Shown here: in pieces, positions 37,886 to 47,898 of the stretch
Layout of the letters: the number at the start of each line of letters is the position of its first letter
How positions within the stretch are numbered: the first letter of the stretch is position 1
The notes under the pieces: model-generated
The model's database searches: none
Told to the model about the DNA's origin: nothing
What the model saw: the letters and a program-made list of their open reading frames with translations, nothing else
Made by a program: the position numbers and the translations under genes
Source: an uncultured virus (IMG/VR IMGVR_UViG_3300017992_000735)
Taxonomy: Duplodnaviria; Heunggongvirae; Uroviricota; Caudoviricetes
DNA: 64,000 nucleotides
Virus record (IMG/VR): IMGVR_UViG_3300017992_000735
Direction: 5' to 3' (one strand)

Positions 37886-39408
37886 CTCCAGTGTCTCCAG
37901 GGCGCCGCTTCGGGATACGGAAATCCCTCTTCTAAACGCCTATAGTATGTATCCTTTGCGTCCCTAAATTCTTGACTGTTAAATGTTTCATCCCAACCTA
38001 TAAGAAGATGGTATACATTGGCATCTGGACAATACGACATCTTATTGTGTTTCTTTGCAACTTCCGCATATTCTATGTCTATCCAGTTACATGGGTAGAA
38101 AGGACTCACTAACCACCCAGCCATATACAAGTCACAAAACTTAGCAGAAACCATACACAAACCGTTTGCTCCGACATTGGGTACGTTCATCTCGGGCGCC
38201 TTTAAGTCATTTAGAAACATTAGCCCATCCCGCTCAGGGAGGTACCTATCGTAGCATATCATTGCATGGGTAAACCATTTTGGTTTGAACTCCATATCAT
38301 CCGCAGTGGCTAAGCCTAAGATATTCTCACCAGGCCAGGTCTGTCTTACTAGTCCCCAAGCCGTGTTAATTGCGTCTGAGAAACTTTTGCTCTCCTCATA
38401 GAACACGACACTAACCCTAGATTTGTGGGGCAGGGATTCTACATACTGTGAGAGCTCCTCATATTCTGGACGGGACTGACCTACGATCATGATAATATGG
38501 CAATCCGATGTATCTAGGACATTCTGTACAGTTCTCTTGGCATGAGCTAATCTTCCGTGTGTGGCGCAAAACATTATTGCCTTAGCGTCAGCGTGCTTAT
38601 CGATATTTGCTTTAATGGGTGAGTTGACATTCTTAGCACTCTTTTTGGGAGCGTCTTTCACTGCAGCAGGAGGTGTTGAAACCACGCTCTTTTTCTCTTT
38701 ACTAGCCTTTTTGGTGGGCGGTTTCACAGATTTGTAGTATCTCCATGGTGCTTCTGGAATACCGTTGTACGAAAACATCAACTTGTTTCTCTTTTCAAAC
38801 ACAGTGTGGTCAATGTCAAAATCGTCAGTGTGTATGTTACTACTGTGGTCTAGCATTTGGTGAACAGCCAGCGCAGCAGGACATTTGTAGAACAAACCGA
38901 GCCTCAACGCTACCCTGGTTATCTCAAAATCCAAATACCAATGAAGATACTCAGGGCACAGAAGCCACCCATTTTGGTGGATGTCACAATACTCAGCGGT
39001 GAGCCCAGCAAACCCGGCTACGTTACAATTGGTACGCCCATCATTCCCCGCCAAAACAGCCACACCGGGCTGACCGGCGTCATTATACCCCTTTGCAAAC
39101 CCCTCATACCAACCGGCATTCAATCTCATGTCGTCCGGCAGGGGAAACGCAAGGATATTTTTGCTCGGATTGCGGGTTCTTAGAATGCCGTATAACTCGT
39201 TAGTAACCTCAACAGATTGCCGCCAATTTCCCAGCCTCAGTAAGAACTGTTGAGGGTGCTTTCTTTGGATTTCTTGTAATCCTTTGAAAATACTTTTGTC
39301 TCCGTTAACTCCTATTGCGAGGTTGCATTCTGTTTTTAGTACTTCTTCTGCTATTTTTATCGCGCTGTTCAACCGTATAGTCGAAACAATTACCCAACTT
39401 TCTAGCAT
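37882..39408 (-). CDS. Two-domain GT-A-like glycosyltransferase with Lys-rich linker
   Basis: Two similar halves (PDDM / ADDM; NGWL / AGWL; YLDFE / WIDIE) joined by KPPTKKASKEKK. Confidence 0.6.
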   Translation of the reverse strand: MLESWVIVSTIRLNSAIKIAEEVLKTECNLAIGVNGDKSIFKGLQEIQRKHPQQFLLRLGNWRQSVEVTNELYGILRTRNPSKNILAFPLPDDMRLNAGWYEGFAKGYNDAGQPGVAVLAGNDGRTNCNVAGFAGLTAEYCDIHQNGWLLCPEYLHWYLDFEITRVALRLGLFYKCPAALAVHQMLDHSSNIHTDDFDIDHTVFEKRNKLMFSYNGIPEAPWRYYKSVKPPTKKASKEKKSVVSTPPAAVKDAPKKSAKNVNSPIKANIDKHADAKAIMFCATHGRLAHAKRTVQNVLDTSDCHIIMIVGQSRPEYEELSQYVESLPHKSRVSVVFYEESKSFSDAINTAWGLVRQTWPGENILGLATADDMEFKPKWFTHAMICYDRYLPERDGLMFLNDLKAPEMNVPNVGANGLCMVSAKFCDLYMAGWLVSPFYPCNWIDIEYAEVAKKHNKMSYCPDANVYHLLIGWDETFNSQEFRDAKDTYYRRLEEGFPYPEAAPWRHWR

Positions 39409-40328
39409 TAAAATGGTCCTTCACCAGGGATACACTCTCCAGGAAGACCTTTTGTTCCATAGAAATCCTCTTCCAATTTCCAGGAAGTAGGAGAAGGACA
39501 ATCAGCAAATCCTTTTCTTCTCACACCTAAATACTCCTCTGCTACCCAGGCGGCGATTTCAGCAGATATACCACAAGCAATCCAATCCGGCTCCCAAATC
39601 TCAATGTATCCAGTTCTCTTAAGAGAGTTAAGAATAAGTTCCTTACCATAAAGAGACCTCAGAGATGAGACATCCACAATCTCTGCCACATGATTTTCGT
39701 GTATTGCTAGGGGGGTTGTGTAAGACATCCCAACTATAGTTTTTGTAGCTCCTGAACGAACGACCTTAACTCCAGGAAACTCTGTGTAATACCCATCTGG
39801 AACTTCATCCTCCAGATCATAGAGTCTACGGTGCTCAATAAAAATAACTGGATCCTGCTCCTCAAATATCGCGTGCAGGAGCATGCCTTTTGCATCGTAA
39901 GCATTGCTGGGAGCAATTACTTTTAGTCCAGGAATGTGGGCAAACGTTGAGAGAAGAGATTGAGAATGTTGAGAGCCCTGCCCCCAGCCTTTTCCGATAA
40001 TAGCTCGGATCACTATTGGCACATGCTGTTTGCCACCCGAACTGTGGTGGATTTTAGCGGCCATGTTGACTAGCTGGTTCATTCCAACCAGCATAAAATC
40101 CACGCGTGCGTGTACAATTACGGGTCGCATGTCCATTAGAGCGGCTCCAATTGCAAACCCAGTGAATCCTTCTTCACAGAGTGGCATATCATAAGCCCTT
40201 GGAAGATCTTTGGTAGTCTCAAACACTCCTTTGGGATCATCAACCCCCTCACCCATAACAAAAACTGTTGGGTTAACTTCTTGTGCAATCTTCAGCGCCT
40301 CGTGAATTGCTTCTTTGTACGTTTTCAT
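39408..40328 (-). CDS. TPP-dependent dehydrogenase E1 beta-like subunit
   Basis: MGEGVDDPKG; DMPLCE; GSQHSQS; DAKGML; IEHR. Confidence 0.9.
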   Translation of the reverse strand: MKTYKEAIHEALKIAQEVNPTVFVMGEGVDDPKGVFETTKDLPRAYDMPLCEEGFTGFAIGAALMDMRPVIVHARVDFMLVGMNQLVNMAAKIHHSSGGKQHVPIVIRAIIGKGWGQGSQHSQSLLSTFAHIPGLKVIAPSNAYDAKGMLLHAIFEEQDPVIFIEHRRLYDLEDEVPDGYYTEFPGVKVVRSGATKTIVGMSYTTPLAIHENHVAEIVDVSSLRSLYGKELILNSLKRTGYIEIWEPDWIACGISAEIAAWVAEEYLGVRRKGFADCPSPTSWKLEEDFYGTKGLPGECIPGEGPF

Positions 40329-41200
40329 ACGAAACAGCTCTCTGGGAACTCCGAAACCCTAGCAAACTCAAAGGCATCTTTAACTTCTTCGTTCACCGTA
40401 GTATCTTTTACTCCCCGCAACAAATCCAATTCTTGATCCAATCGAATAGCTACATCGTCCCTATATCCTAAATGAAAATCCTCCCCCGGTCCTACATGCT
40501 CCATCCACCTACAAACTTTGCAGTGAAGAAGCGCTGGATGATTATCTCGAACCGACCGGACTAAGAATTCTATCTTCTCTTTTACCTTAAACGGATCGTT
40601 GCCTTTCACAAATCCATATACTGCACCAAAACTCTCAACCTTATGCTTGACAGACCCGCAGAACCTGCTCTCAGTAGGAGAGTGTGTGGCATACCCATTG
40701 TCTTCCAGCACAAATAGAACAGGAAGCTTTTTCAATGCCGCAAAGTTTAAAGACTCCCAAAAAACCCCTTCATCGAGAGCCCCATCTCCAAAGGGAGCGA
40801 CCGCGATTTGTCCTGTTCCTTTCATTTTGAAGGCCCAGGCGGCACCGACAGCTACTGGAATGTTGGAGGCGACGATTGATGAGGAAAGACTGACCCCAAC
40901 TTCCGTATCTACGACGTGCATTGAACCACCCATGCCGCCTGAGCAGCCAGTTTTTTTGCTGTACAGCTCAGCGGCCAAGGCTCGTATATCTCCGCCCTTG
41001 GCCAGGTACCAATGATGATTTCTATGAGAAGGAAATACCCAGTCTGTTTGTTTAAGGTAAGAACAGACACCGACAGCTACTGCCTCTTGCCCGTTGCAGA
41101 GGTGGATCGGACAACGCATCAGCAGCTCAGACATATAGCGGTTTGAGACTTCCTCCTCAAACCGCCTTATACGCAACATATCTTTAATAAGAGGATCCAT
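40325..41200 (-). CDS. TPP-dependent dehydrogenase E1 alpha-like subunit
   Basis: HLCNGQEAVAVG; GGSMH; GDGALDEG...EDN TPP-binding motif. Confidence 0.9.
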   Translation of the reverse strand: MDPLIKDMLRIRRFEEEVSNRYMSELLMRCPIHLCNGQEAVAVGVCSYLKQTDWVFPSHRNHHWYLAKGGDIRALAAELYSKKTGCSGGMGGSMHVVDTEVGVSLSSSIVASNIPVAVGAAWAFKMKGTGQIAVAPFGDGALDEGVFWESLNFAALKKLPVLFVLEDNGYATHSPTESRFCGSVKHKVESFGAVYGFVKGNDPFKVKEKIEFLVRSVRDNHPALLHCKVCRWMEHVGPGEDFHLGYRDDVAIRLDQELDLLRGVKDTTVNEEVKDAFEFARVSEFPESCFV

Positions 41201-42140
41201 AGCCCTTCTTTCTCATCCACTTGACATTGATGGTTCTTGGGTCATTTTGACTCGTTTTGCTTTCGTGGATGGCCTCTAAGATTTCCATAATAGCGTCTTC
41301 AACGGTATACTGAGGTTTCCATTGAAAATACTCTTCCGCCCTATCCCCACGAACTTGGTAGGATCTGTTGTCTCTGCACTCTTCGATCAAGTTGATCTCG
41401 GCCCCGGTGCAATCACTAACCAGTTGAGCAATTTCTCCTGTGGTCATGCTAACAGCTGAGACATTGAAAATATTGGCTTCTGGATGTACTATCAGCCCAG
41501 GCCACTCAACAAGTGTACAATAGAAATTGACCATGTCTTGAATGTGAAGAAGAGAGCGGTACTGTTGCCCGCCCCAAAGCTCTATCTGACCGTCTTCTGC
41601 TGCCTGTCCTGTAAACCCGTTAACCATGAGATCAAACCGCATCCGAGGAGAGTATCCCATCAGAGTTGCTGGCCTTACAACAACCACATCTGGAATCTCG
41701 GGCTCTACAACCCGCTCCGCCCAAACTTTGGAGGCGGAGTACCTCGTTAGTGGTTTCAATGGACTATTTTCTGTAGCTTTCTCTTCACATATACCGTAGA
41801 CAGAGGATGAACTAGCGTAAATTAGCCGCTGGCAGCCACAGCCTCTGACGACGTTGAGTGTTCCACCTACATTGGTTGTCCAAGTTAGATCAGCATCTAG
41901 CTCTGAGCAGGGGTCATTACTGATAGCTGCTAAGTGGACTATGCAATCTGCATCTCTGAGAGCTTTGGTAAACCCCTCAGTCGGCTCCCGAATGTCAACT
42001 TGGATGTTTTCAATACTGCCCTCTGGCCACTCATCGAACAGTAACCAATCAGCTACTACGACATCGTGGCCACGCTTGACTAATGTAGGAACCAAAACAT
42101 GCCCCACATACCCTGCCCCACCAACAACCAGAACTCTCAT
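41184..42140 (-). CDS. NAD-dependent nucleotide-sugar epimerase/dehydratase
   Basis: GGAGYVG; HLAAISND; ASSSSVYG; YSASK. Confidence 0.92.
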   Translation of the reverse strand: MRVLVVGGAGYVGHVLVPTLVKRGHDVVVADWLLFDEWPEGSIENIQVDIREPTEGFTKALRDADCIVHLAAISNDPCSELDADLTWTTNVGGTLNVVRGCGCQRLIYASSSSVYGICEEKATENSPLKPLTRYSASKVWAERVVEPEIPDVVVVRPATLMGYSPRMRFDLMVNGFTGQAAEDGQIELWGGQQYRSLLHIQDMVNFYCTLVEWPGLIVHPEANIFNVSAVSMTTGEIAQLVSDCTGAEINLIEECRDNRSYQVRGDRAEEYFQWKPQYTVEDAIMEILEAIHESKTSQNDPRTINVKWMRKKGYGSSY

Positions 42141-43576
42141 GCCAGTAATCCTTTGATAAACTTCTTAAATTCAATTGGGTCAACCGGCTTGTTTCCAAAT
42201 ATTGACACCTTCATTGCCCCATAGGCGTTGCCTAGGAGCCCAACTACAGTCAGCGGAAGTCCTAAAGCGACCAAAGGAGCAGTGATTGATAAAAACGCAT
42301 CCCCTGCTCCTACTGTGTCTACAACAGAGGATGCCACTGGAGGAAAATACTCAACGAATCCTCCTCCTTGGTAGGTGACAGATCCCTCGTGCCCGAGAGT
42401 AACTGCTAAAATATTTGCCACGTCTAGGTTGGCTGCTAAATCCCCAATAGCTCCTTTCTTATCGCCGCAAGCCAATCTAAGCTCTTTCTCATCAATAACA
42501 GCATAGTCTACATCATACCATTTGGTAACTAGGTTATAACCATAGTTGGCTGAATTGGTTTGAACGTTGACTGCCAAGAAGGGAGATTCTCCGATAATGT
42601 AACCAATTAGATCTTTTGTAAACAGCCCATGACCATAATCGCAAACTATAACAGCATCTACAGAACCAAGAAGTGCACCAACGGAGTTTTCTAAGTCTCT
42701 GCGAATGGTCTCTGGGTAGTCTTCATCGAGATGTATCTCTTCTGCGACCTTGCTACTTGTCCCCTTTTCTATCAGCCGCCGTTTGCGGATGGTTGGGTGC
42801 GAGCATAGGTGTGTGGTGATTCCCTGTAAGGCAAGGTTATCGCCGCAAGTAACCAAAGAAACATTTTCACAAAACTGAGCTAAATTACGTGCAACTACTG
42901 CTGCCCCTCCTGCGTACGTGTCCTCACTTAGATGCTGCATCGGAACCATAACATCTTTTGAGGAGCGATTTAATGCCCTACAGAGCACATACTCATCTCG
43001 AATGTATTCTCCAACAACCAAAACCTTGAGATCTCTAAGTTCTGTAAAATAATTTTCAATGTCGCGATAACTAACGAGATTCTTTACTTTGGCAATAAGT
43101 CTCTCAAGGTCTGGGCCAAGAGATGTTTGGTTGATTACTTTCGAAGATGAAAAGTCACCTATCATCCTCAGAAGGGCAACTCGTCCCCCGTAACCTTCTA
43201 CAAACTCTTTTTCTTTGATAATATGGTTGGAAGGGCAATCTAAAACTTCCTCTCCTTTACAATAGACGTCTGGCCGAATCGCTTCCAAAACATCCATAGC
43301 ATCTGGGGATTCATTTACGGCGACTAAATCTACATACCTAATCGCCTCTACGACAGAAGCTCTCGTTTGTTGGTTGAAAACCGGGCGGCTGGGACCCTTT
43401 CGTACAAACTCATCTGGTGTTAAAGTAACAACCAGTATATCGCCGCAGCTTTTTGCTTCTTTTAGGTGCTGAATATGCCCCGCATGTACTACATCGAAAA
43501 CACCGTGACAAAGGACAATTTTCTTGCCCTGCCGTTTCTCTTCCGCGCACGTGTGATATAGGTCTAGTAGTTCCAT
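42137..43576 (-). CDS. Bifunctional nucleotidyltransferase / PfkB kinase (HldE/RfaE-like, transferase domain N-terminal)
   Basis: HGVFDVVHAGH; KGPSRP; DYGHG; DTVGAGDAF. Confidence 0.88.
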   Translation of the reverse strand: MELLDLYHTCAEEKRQGKKIVLCHGVFDVVHAGHIQHLKEAKSCGDILVVTLTPDEFVRKGPSRPVFNQQTRASVVEAIRYVDLVAVNESPDAMDVLEAIRPDVYCKGEEVLDCPSNHIIKEKEFVEGYGGRVALLRMIGDFSSSKVINQTSLGPDLERLIAKVKNLVSYRDIENYFTELRDLKVLVVGEYIRDEYVLCRALNRSSKDVMVPMQHLSEDTYAGGAAVVARNLAQFCENVSLVTCGDNLALQGITTHLCSHPTIRKRRLIEKGTSSKVAEEIHLDEDYPETIRRDLENSVGALLGSVDAVIVCDYGHGLFTKDLIGYIIGESPFLAVNVQTNSANYGYNLVTKWYDVDYAVIDEKELRLACGDKKGAIGDLAANLDVANILAVTLGHEGSVTYQGGGFVEYFPPVASSVVDTVGAGDAFLSITAPLVALGLPLTVVGLLGNAYGAMKVSIFGNKPVDPIEFKKFIKGLLA

Positions 43577-43577
43577 A

Positions 43578-44252
43578 TTAGTCTATAATTGATACATCAA
43601 GGTTAAACTTGCCACAAAGGTACAACTTGTTCCTGTGAACCTCTAACGGACCTAGCACGCCTTCGCGTGACTGGTGCTTGTGGTGGAACACTTTCAACCC
43701 AAAAGTAGGTTTTTCAACCCATCCCTTCTCCCTCATTCGAATTTGCCAGTCAACGTCTTCGCAAGTGCCGGGCCAGTAGCTCTCATCAAACTCTCCTACC
43801 TCTTCCCAAACCCCCCTCGAAAACATCCACAGACTTCCTTCGATAAAGGGAATTCCAGCCCAAACCATGTGCTGCATACCAGTACACCCACAGTTGGGAT
43901 TCTCCTTTAGAGTAACCAGCATGGGAGTCAAAACGGGGCCCTGGATGACCATATCATTGTTTATCAAGCAGATGTAGTCGCCCCTTGAGTGGCGAATTCC
44001 AAAGTTCCACCCACCAGGCACCCCCAAATTCTCCTCAGATTGGAGAATTTGAAAATCCTTGAGCCAGACATGATTCCAGCCCTCAGAGACTCTCTGTAGT
44101 TCTTCCCAAGTCTCTCCGCCATCTGGGGATCCGTTATCGAGGATTATCAACTCACTCGGGTAATCCAACCATGAGAAGAAGGAGTCGAGGAAAGCGGAGG
44201 TTAGATACCACTTGCCATAGCAAAGGACGACAACGCTGACGAGTTCTTCCAT
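43578..44252 (-). CDS. Glycosyltransferase, GT2 family
   Basis: LDNGSPD; NLGVPGGWN; LINND; EDVDW. Confidence 0.9.
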   Translation of the reverse strand: MEELVSVVVLCYGKWYLTSAFLDSFFSWLDYPSELIILDNGSPDGGETWEELQRVSEGWNHVWLKDFQILQSEENLGVPGGWNFGIRHSRGDYICLINNDMVIQGPVLTPMLVTLKENPNCGCTGMQHMVWAGIPFIEGSLWMFSRGVWEEVGEFDESYWPGTCEDVDWQIRMREKGWVEKPTFGLKVFHHKHQSREGVLGPLEVHRNKLYLCGKFNLDVSIID

Positions 44253-44440
44253 TACTTTCTCGACCGAGATGTGGTGGCGTAATTGAGGAAGTAGCCTATG
44301 CCCGTACCAGCAAATGCAGAAAGCAGCTCGGGAATGTCTTGACCAGTTACCGCCAGGTAGATAACTGCCCCAACCAGACTCACTGTAATTATACCCGGAA
44401 TCACCACCTCTTTGAGCAGTTCTTTCAAATTGCCACTCAT
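44252..44440 (-). CDS. Putative holin (two TM segments)
   Basis: 62 aa, two hydrophobic helices, basic C-terminus, directly after the hydrolase gene. Confidence 0.55.
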   Translation of the reverse strand: MSGNLKELLKEVVIPGIITVSLVGAVIYLAVTGQDIPELLSAFAGTGIGYFLNYATTSRSRK

Positions 44441-44451
44441 GTTTTCCTCCT

Positions 44452-45963
44452 CTATATCATGTCTGCAAGTTGTTCCGCTAGCTCATCGTACTCGGATAGA
44501 ATCGTTTCGATCTGAGTCAGTTCCAGTCGCATATTGGCGATAATCTGACCAATCGTTCCTGGGGTTGGGGGTACTGGGGGTTCCCCGCCTTGGTAGATCT
44601 TCTCTTCCCACAACGCATCCACATGGTCATGGTTCGTCATTCCAATCATACGAATGCCCACAAGCTCATCTGATGGGAGGTTGGGATCCCGAATCCACGC
44701 CCGATGAGGGCCCGTCCAAGGATCTTGATAATAGTCGGTGTAGGCCCCTGTCCCCATACCACTCCCACCTGCACCGTTCTGATCCAACCCACCCACATCT
44801 GCTCGATCTTCTCTGTCTGTTGTATACTGAGGATCCAACTCAGGTGCATCTGTCCACCAGAAAGCTCGGTGAGATTTTGTTAAATCTAGCGTCTCTTGAG
44901 GATTGACGACAGGGTTACCGCTGATGTCTTTTACCGTTGAGACAAAACTAGCATGCCCAGTTTTAACCCACAACGTAGTAATTTGATAATAGTGGTCACC
45001 ATCTTGCAACCCAGAGGGAGGAGAAATCGCTACCCCGTACTTAGCCATCTCCTCCGCAGCTGCTGCTCCAGTAAGAGCGTTTCCATCTAAGTCGTAAACT
45101 GTTAACATATCGCCTCCATTGGGTGGCCCAGGAGCATCCATCTCCATTATTGGGCCGTATATTTCTGGCCGGTTATCATGTCTAAACGTCCCCCACTGGC
45201 CCGGCCAGGGATACCAGATGAAGGGGAGAACCGCCATGACCCGTGAATCTTGACAACAAAGTTCGTGATACTCCCTCAATCCTTGCAGGTATGTCTCATC
45301 TGTCACTCCATAGTCTTTTGCTGTTTGACCCATCCAACCCTCATCAGGGCCAGCTCCATTTATAGCACTCGTGATTCCACACTCAGTGACATAAACATCT
45401 ACATTAGGTTTCCCAGCTTCTTCTAGCCACTGCAACCAGTAGGGCCATCGGGCGCAGTGCCAACCTTGCATTCCATCTGACCAGTAGTGTGGGAACCAAT
45501 ACTCATTAATGAAAATACAATCTAGTTCCTCTACGCTTTCGGGAAAGTATTCGTCAAGTCGTGGCCCATCTTGAGTGAAATTCCCTTCAGCAAACCGAAA
45601 TGCCCCTACTTTGACTCCATGAGACCGCATCACCCGGATAAACTCAGCCTGACGAGCGTCAAACTCAGGGAAAGATTGATAATCTCCTTGCCAAAGTGGC
45701 TCGTTCCAGTAAGTTGTTATATCTGGGGGATTCTCTGAGACTTTATTCCAAATCTGTCCCGCCCACCACTCAGGATCTGTTGTCCTCCAGTCTCTGTCTC
45801 CCTCGTGCATCCAATAAAGGACAGTCGTATCTGGAGAAGCTTCTCTAACCTGAGCGATATGTTGGCTCTCGGCGTCCATTAGGAGGACTGCCTTAGGTTT
45901 GTACCGCTCGATTAAATCTAATCCCGCTCCAGGAGTTTGTATGAAGAACCCGAATTTGTTCAT
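44452..45963 (-). CDS. Clan GH-A-like glycoside hydrolase, putative endolysin
   Basis: WNEP acid/base motif and VYVTECG nucleophile motif; Pro-rich linkers; next to a holin-like gene. Confidence 0.55.
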   Translation of the reverse strand: MNKFGFFIQTPGAGLDLIERYKPKAVLLMDAESQHIAQVREASPDTTVLYWMHEGDRDWRTTDPEWWAGQIWNKVSENPPDITTYWNEPLWQGDYQSFPEFDARQAEFIRVMRSHGVKVGAFRFAEGNFTQDGPRLDEYFPESVEELDCIFINEYWFPHYWSDGMQGWHCARWPYWLQWLEEAGKPNVDVYVTECGITSAINGAGPDEGWMGQTAKDYGVTDETYLQGLREYHELCCQDSRVMAVLPFIWYPWPGQWGTFRHDNRPEIYGPIMEMDAPGPPNGGDMLTVYDLDGNALTGAAAAEEMAKYGVAISPPSGLQDGDHYYQITTLWVKTGHASFVSTVKDISGNPVVNPQETLDLTKSHRAFWWTDAPELDPQYTTDREDRADVGGLDQNGAGGSGMGTGAYTDYYQDPWTGPHRAWIRDPNLPSDELVGIRMIGMTNHDHVDALWEEKIYQGGEPPVPPTPGTIGQIIANMRLELTQIETILSEYDELAEQLADMI

Positions 45964-46280
45964 AACTCTGCCAACTGCTCCCAAGCATCAGAATACTCCT
46001 CAAATATGTTGTCTAGTACCTCATCCCAAGACTTCTCATCATAAGGAGTACTAACAGCTTCTTCCACCAACTTTGGGAGGATTCTGGATGAGGTTAACAT
46101 CTCATCCTCCTCCCTATCACACCCACACGGCACAGATCCCCAACCACAACCACAAACTGGACAGTAAGCATTTTGCCCGCACTCGCACGTTATCATCTCA
46201 CATGGCTCTGGTTTGGGTTGGTTCCACTGAGTAGGTATCAACTCAGGATGGCAGCATATAGGAATTTTGTTATTCATATT
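45960..46280 (-). CDS. Cys-rich hypothetical protein (start uncertain)
   Basis: CECG..CPVCGCG..CGC. Confidence 0.5.
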   Translation of the reverse strand, partial: NMNNKIPICCHPELIPTQWNQPKPEPCEMITCECGQNAYCPVCGCGWGSVPCGCDREEDEMLTSSRILPKLVEEAVSTPYDEKSWDEVLDNIFEEYSDAWEQLAEL

Positions 46281-46800
46281 TTCTCTTGCCCAAGAACTTA
46301 TAGGAGAAAATAGCTCCCCCATCTTGGTGCTGCTCTGGGTAAAGGTCTACATGCCAACCTCGGGATTGAAAATCCTCTGGTTGTGGTCCCCACTTGTGAA
46401 CCTGGTAAGGATTAGGAGTTCCGTCTGGGTTGGTTGGTCCTCTTTCCAACATCCCTAACGGCGCCCAGCAAATCACAAGTTTCTTGGCAACTCTTTCTGC
46501 ATCGTCAAGAATTTTTAGTCCTCTTTCTTGCTCAAGGTGCTCAATAATGTCAACTGCAAGAACAGCGTCTACTGAGTTGTCTGGAGAAATTTTTAAAAAT
46601 TCTAAGGCATCTTTGCAGACAGGAATCCAGCCCGTAACAGGCCGCCTTTCCCAAGCTAACCTTAACTGTTCTTTCCACAAATCAACTCCAATATGCTTAA
46701 CTACCCCGGGAAGCCCTGCGGTGTGCCATAAGTCTCCACAACCGAGGTCTATAATGCTTTCAATGTTATCTGGCCAAATCGCCTCAATTAGACCCCTCAC
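46270..46800 (-). CDS. Class I SAM methyltransferase
   Basis: IDLGCGD; DAVLAVDIIEHL. Confidence 0.85.
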   Translation of the reverse strand: MRGLIEAIWPDNIESIIDLGCGDLWHTAGLPGVVKHIGVDLWKEQLRLAWERRPVTGWIPVCKDALEFLKISPDNSVDAVLAVDIIEHLEQERGLKILDDAERVAKKLVICWAPLGMLERGPTNPDGTPNPYQVHKWGPQPEDFQSRGWHVDLYPEQHQDGGAIFSYKFLGKRKYE

Positions 46801-47876
46801 AAAACACCCTCCACCTTGAATTCTGCAAGAGCCTCTTTCGTGATAGGATCTGCGTCTCCCCAATCAAACCCAACCCGTGCTAAGGCTGCTGGGTTTGATA
46901 ATCCTAGCCTGTGTTTTCCTATCACTACCCAATATGTATTCGACTCATCACTCACAAGGCGCGATCCACGTTCTTTGTGGTAGTGTCTAGGATCTGTCCA
47001 ATCAGCACAATCTATGGCTGCATGTTCGGCGTATTCAGCGTATTTTCCGATCTTATGTTTTTGGTCAATCTTGCCAATATTACAGTTTAGTTCTTCCCGC
47101 ATCTGTTGTTCCGGAGCATAACGAGCGTGCCACATATGGTACCCAATTAGTTTTTTGACTCGGAGAAACTTGTGGCGCTTCTCAACCGCAGTCATTGCTA
47201 GGTCACAGTCCTCCCCGCCATGCCCAATTAACTCCTCCCAAAATCCCCCACAATCCCAAAAAATATTTTTAGGATAAGCAATGTTACCCGAAAAACAACC
47301 CATCGCAGCAGCTAGCCCAACAGGAGTAGCGGGCCAGAGCTCAGGTTCTACCTCATCCGGAAAATCATTGTACCGAGGATCTTTTCTGCCTTTCAACGAG
47401 GCGTCAGGAGGCATGGGGAGTTTGGGGTAGTTCATTGACTCCAAGCGGAACCAGAAGTCTTTGTCATTCTTAAGGTTTTCAATCCCATACTCCATTCTCA
47501 GGAGGAAATGGTACAACCCGACGATAATACAGTCAGGATGCTGCGTGTGAAGGTCAGCGTACGTGCCGAGGATATGAGATGGCATTAGGTTGTCTGAGTC
47601 AATGAATAAGGCGAGAGAATAATCGGGGTTGGAGTTCGCTACACCGAAGTTGCGCGCCCGGGGTGCGCGGAAGCCTTGATGGGGCCCCGCACTCAGGTAC
47701 TTAAGAGGAATTCCATTTTCATCAGTTTTACCTCGCAACCACTCGAAAGTGCCGTCAGTTGAGCCGTCGTCTACAACGATAATCTCAAACTCTCGGTACT
47801 CTTGCATCCCCAGCGCTGCGAGGCAAAGTTCTAGGTTTTCTTTTCTATTGTAGGTTGGAACTACGACGGAGATCAC
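46797..47876 (-). CDS. Glycosyltransferase, GT2 family
   Basis: SVVVPTYNR; VDDGSTDGT; FIDSD; GGEDCDL. Confidence 0.92.
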   Translation of the reverse strand: MISVVVPTYNRKENLELCLAALGMQEYREFEIIVVDDGSTDGTFEWLRGKTDENGIPLKYLSAGPHQGFRAPRARNFGVANSNPDYSLALFIDSDNLMPSHILGTYADLHTQHPDCIIVGLYHFLLRMEYGIENLKNDKDFWFRLESMNYPKLPMPPDASLKGRKDPRYNDFPDEVEPELWPATPVGLAAAMGCFSGNIAYPKNIFWDCGGFWEELIGHGGEDCDLAMTAVEKRHKFLRVKKLIGYHMWHARYAPEQQMREELNCNIGKIDQKHKIGKYAEYAEHAAIDCADWTDPRHYHKERGSRLVSDESNTYWVVIGKHRLGLSNPAALARVGFDWGDADPITKEALAEFKVEGVL

Positions 47877-47898
47877 AGCCCCTCTCCTTCCCTCAGAA

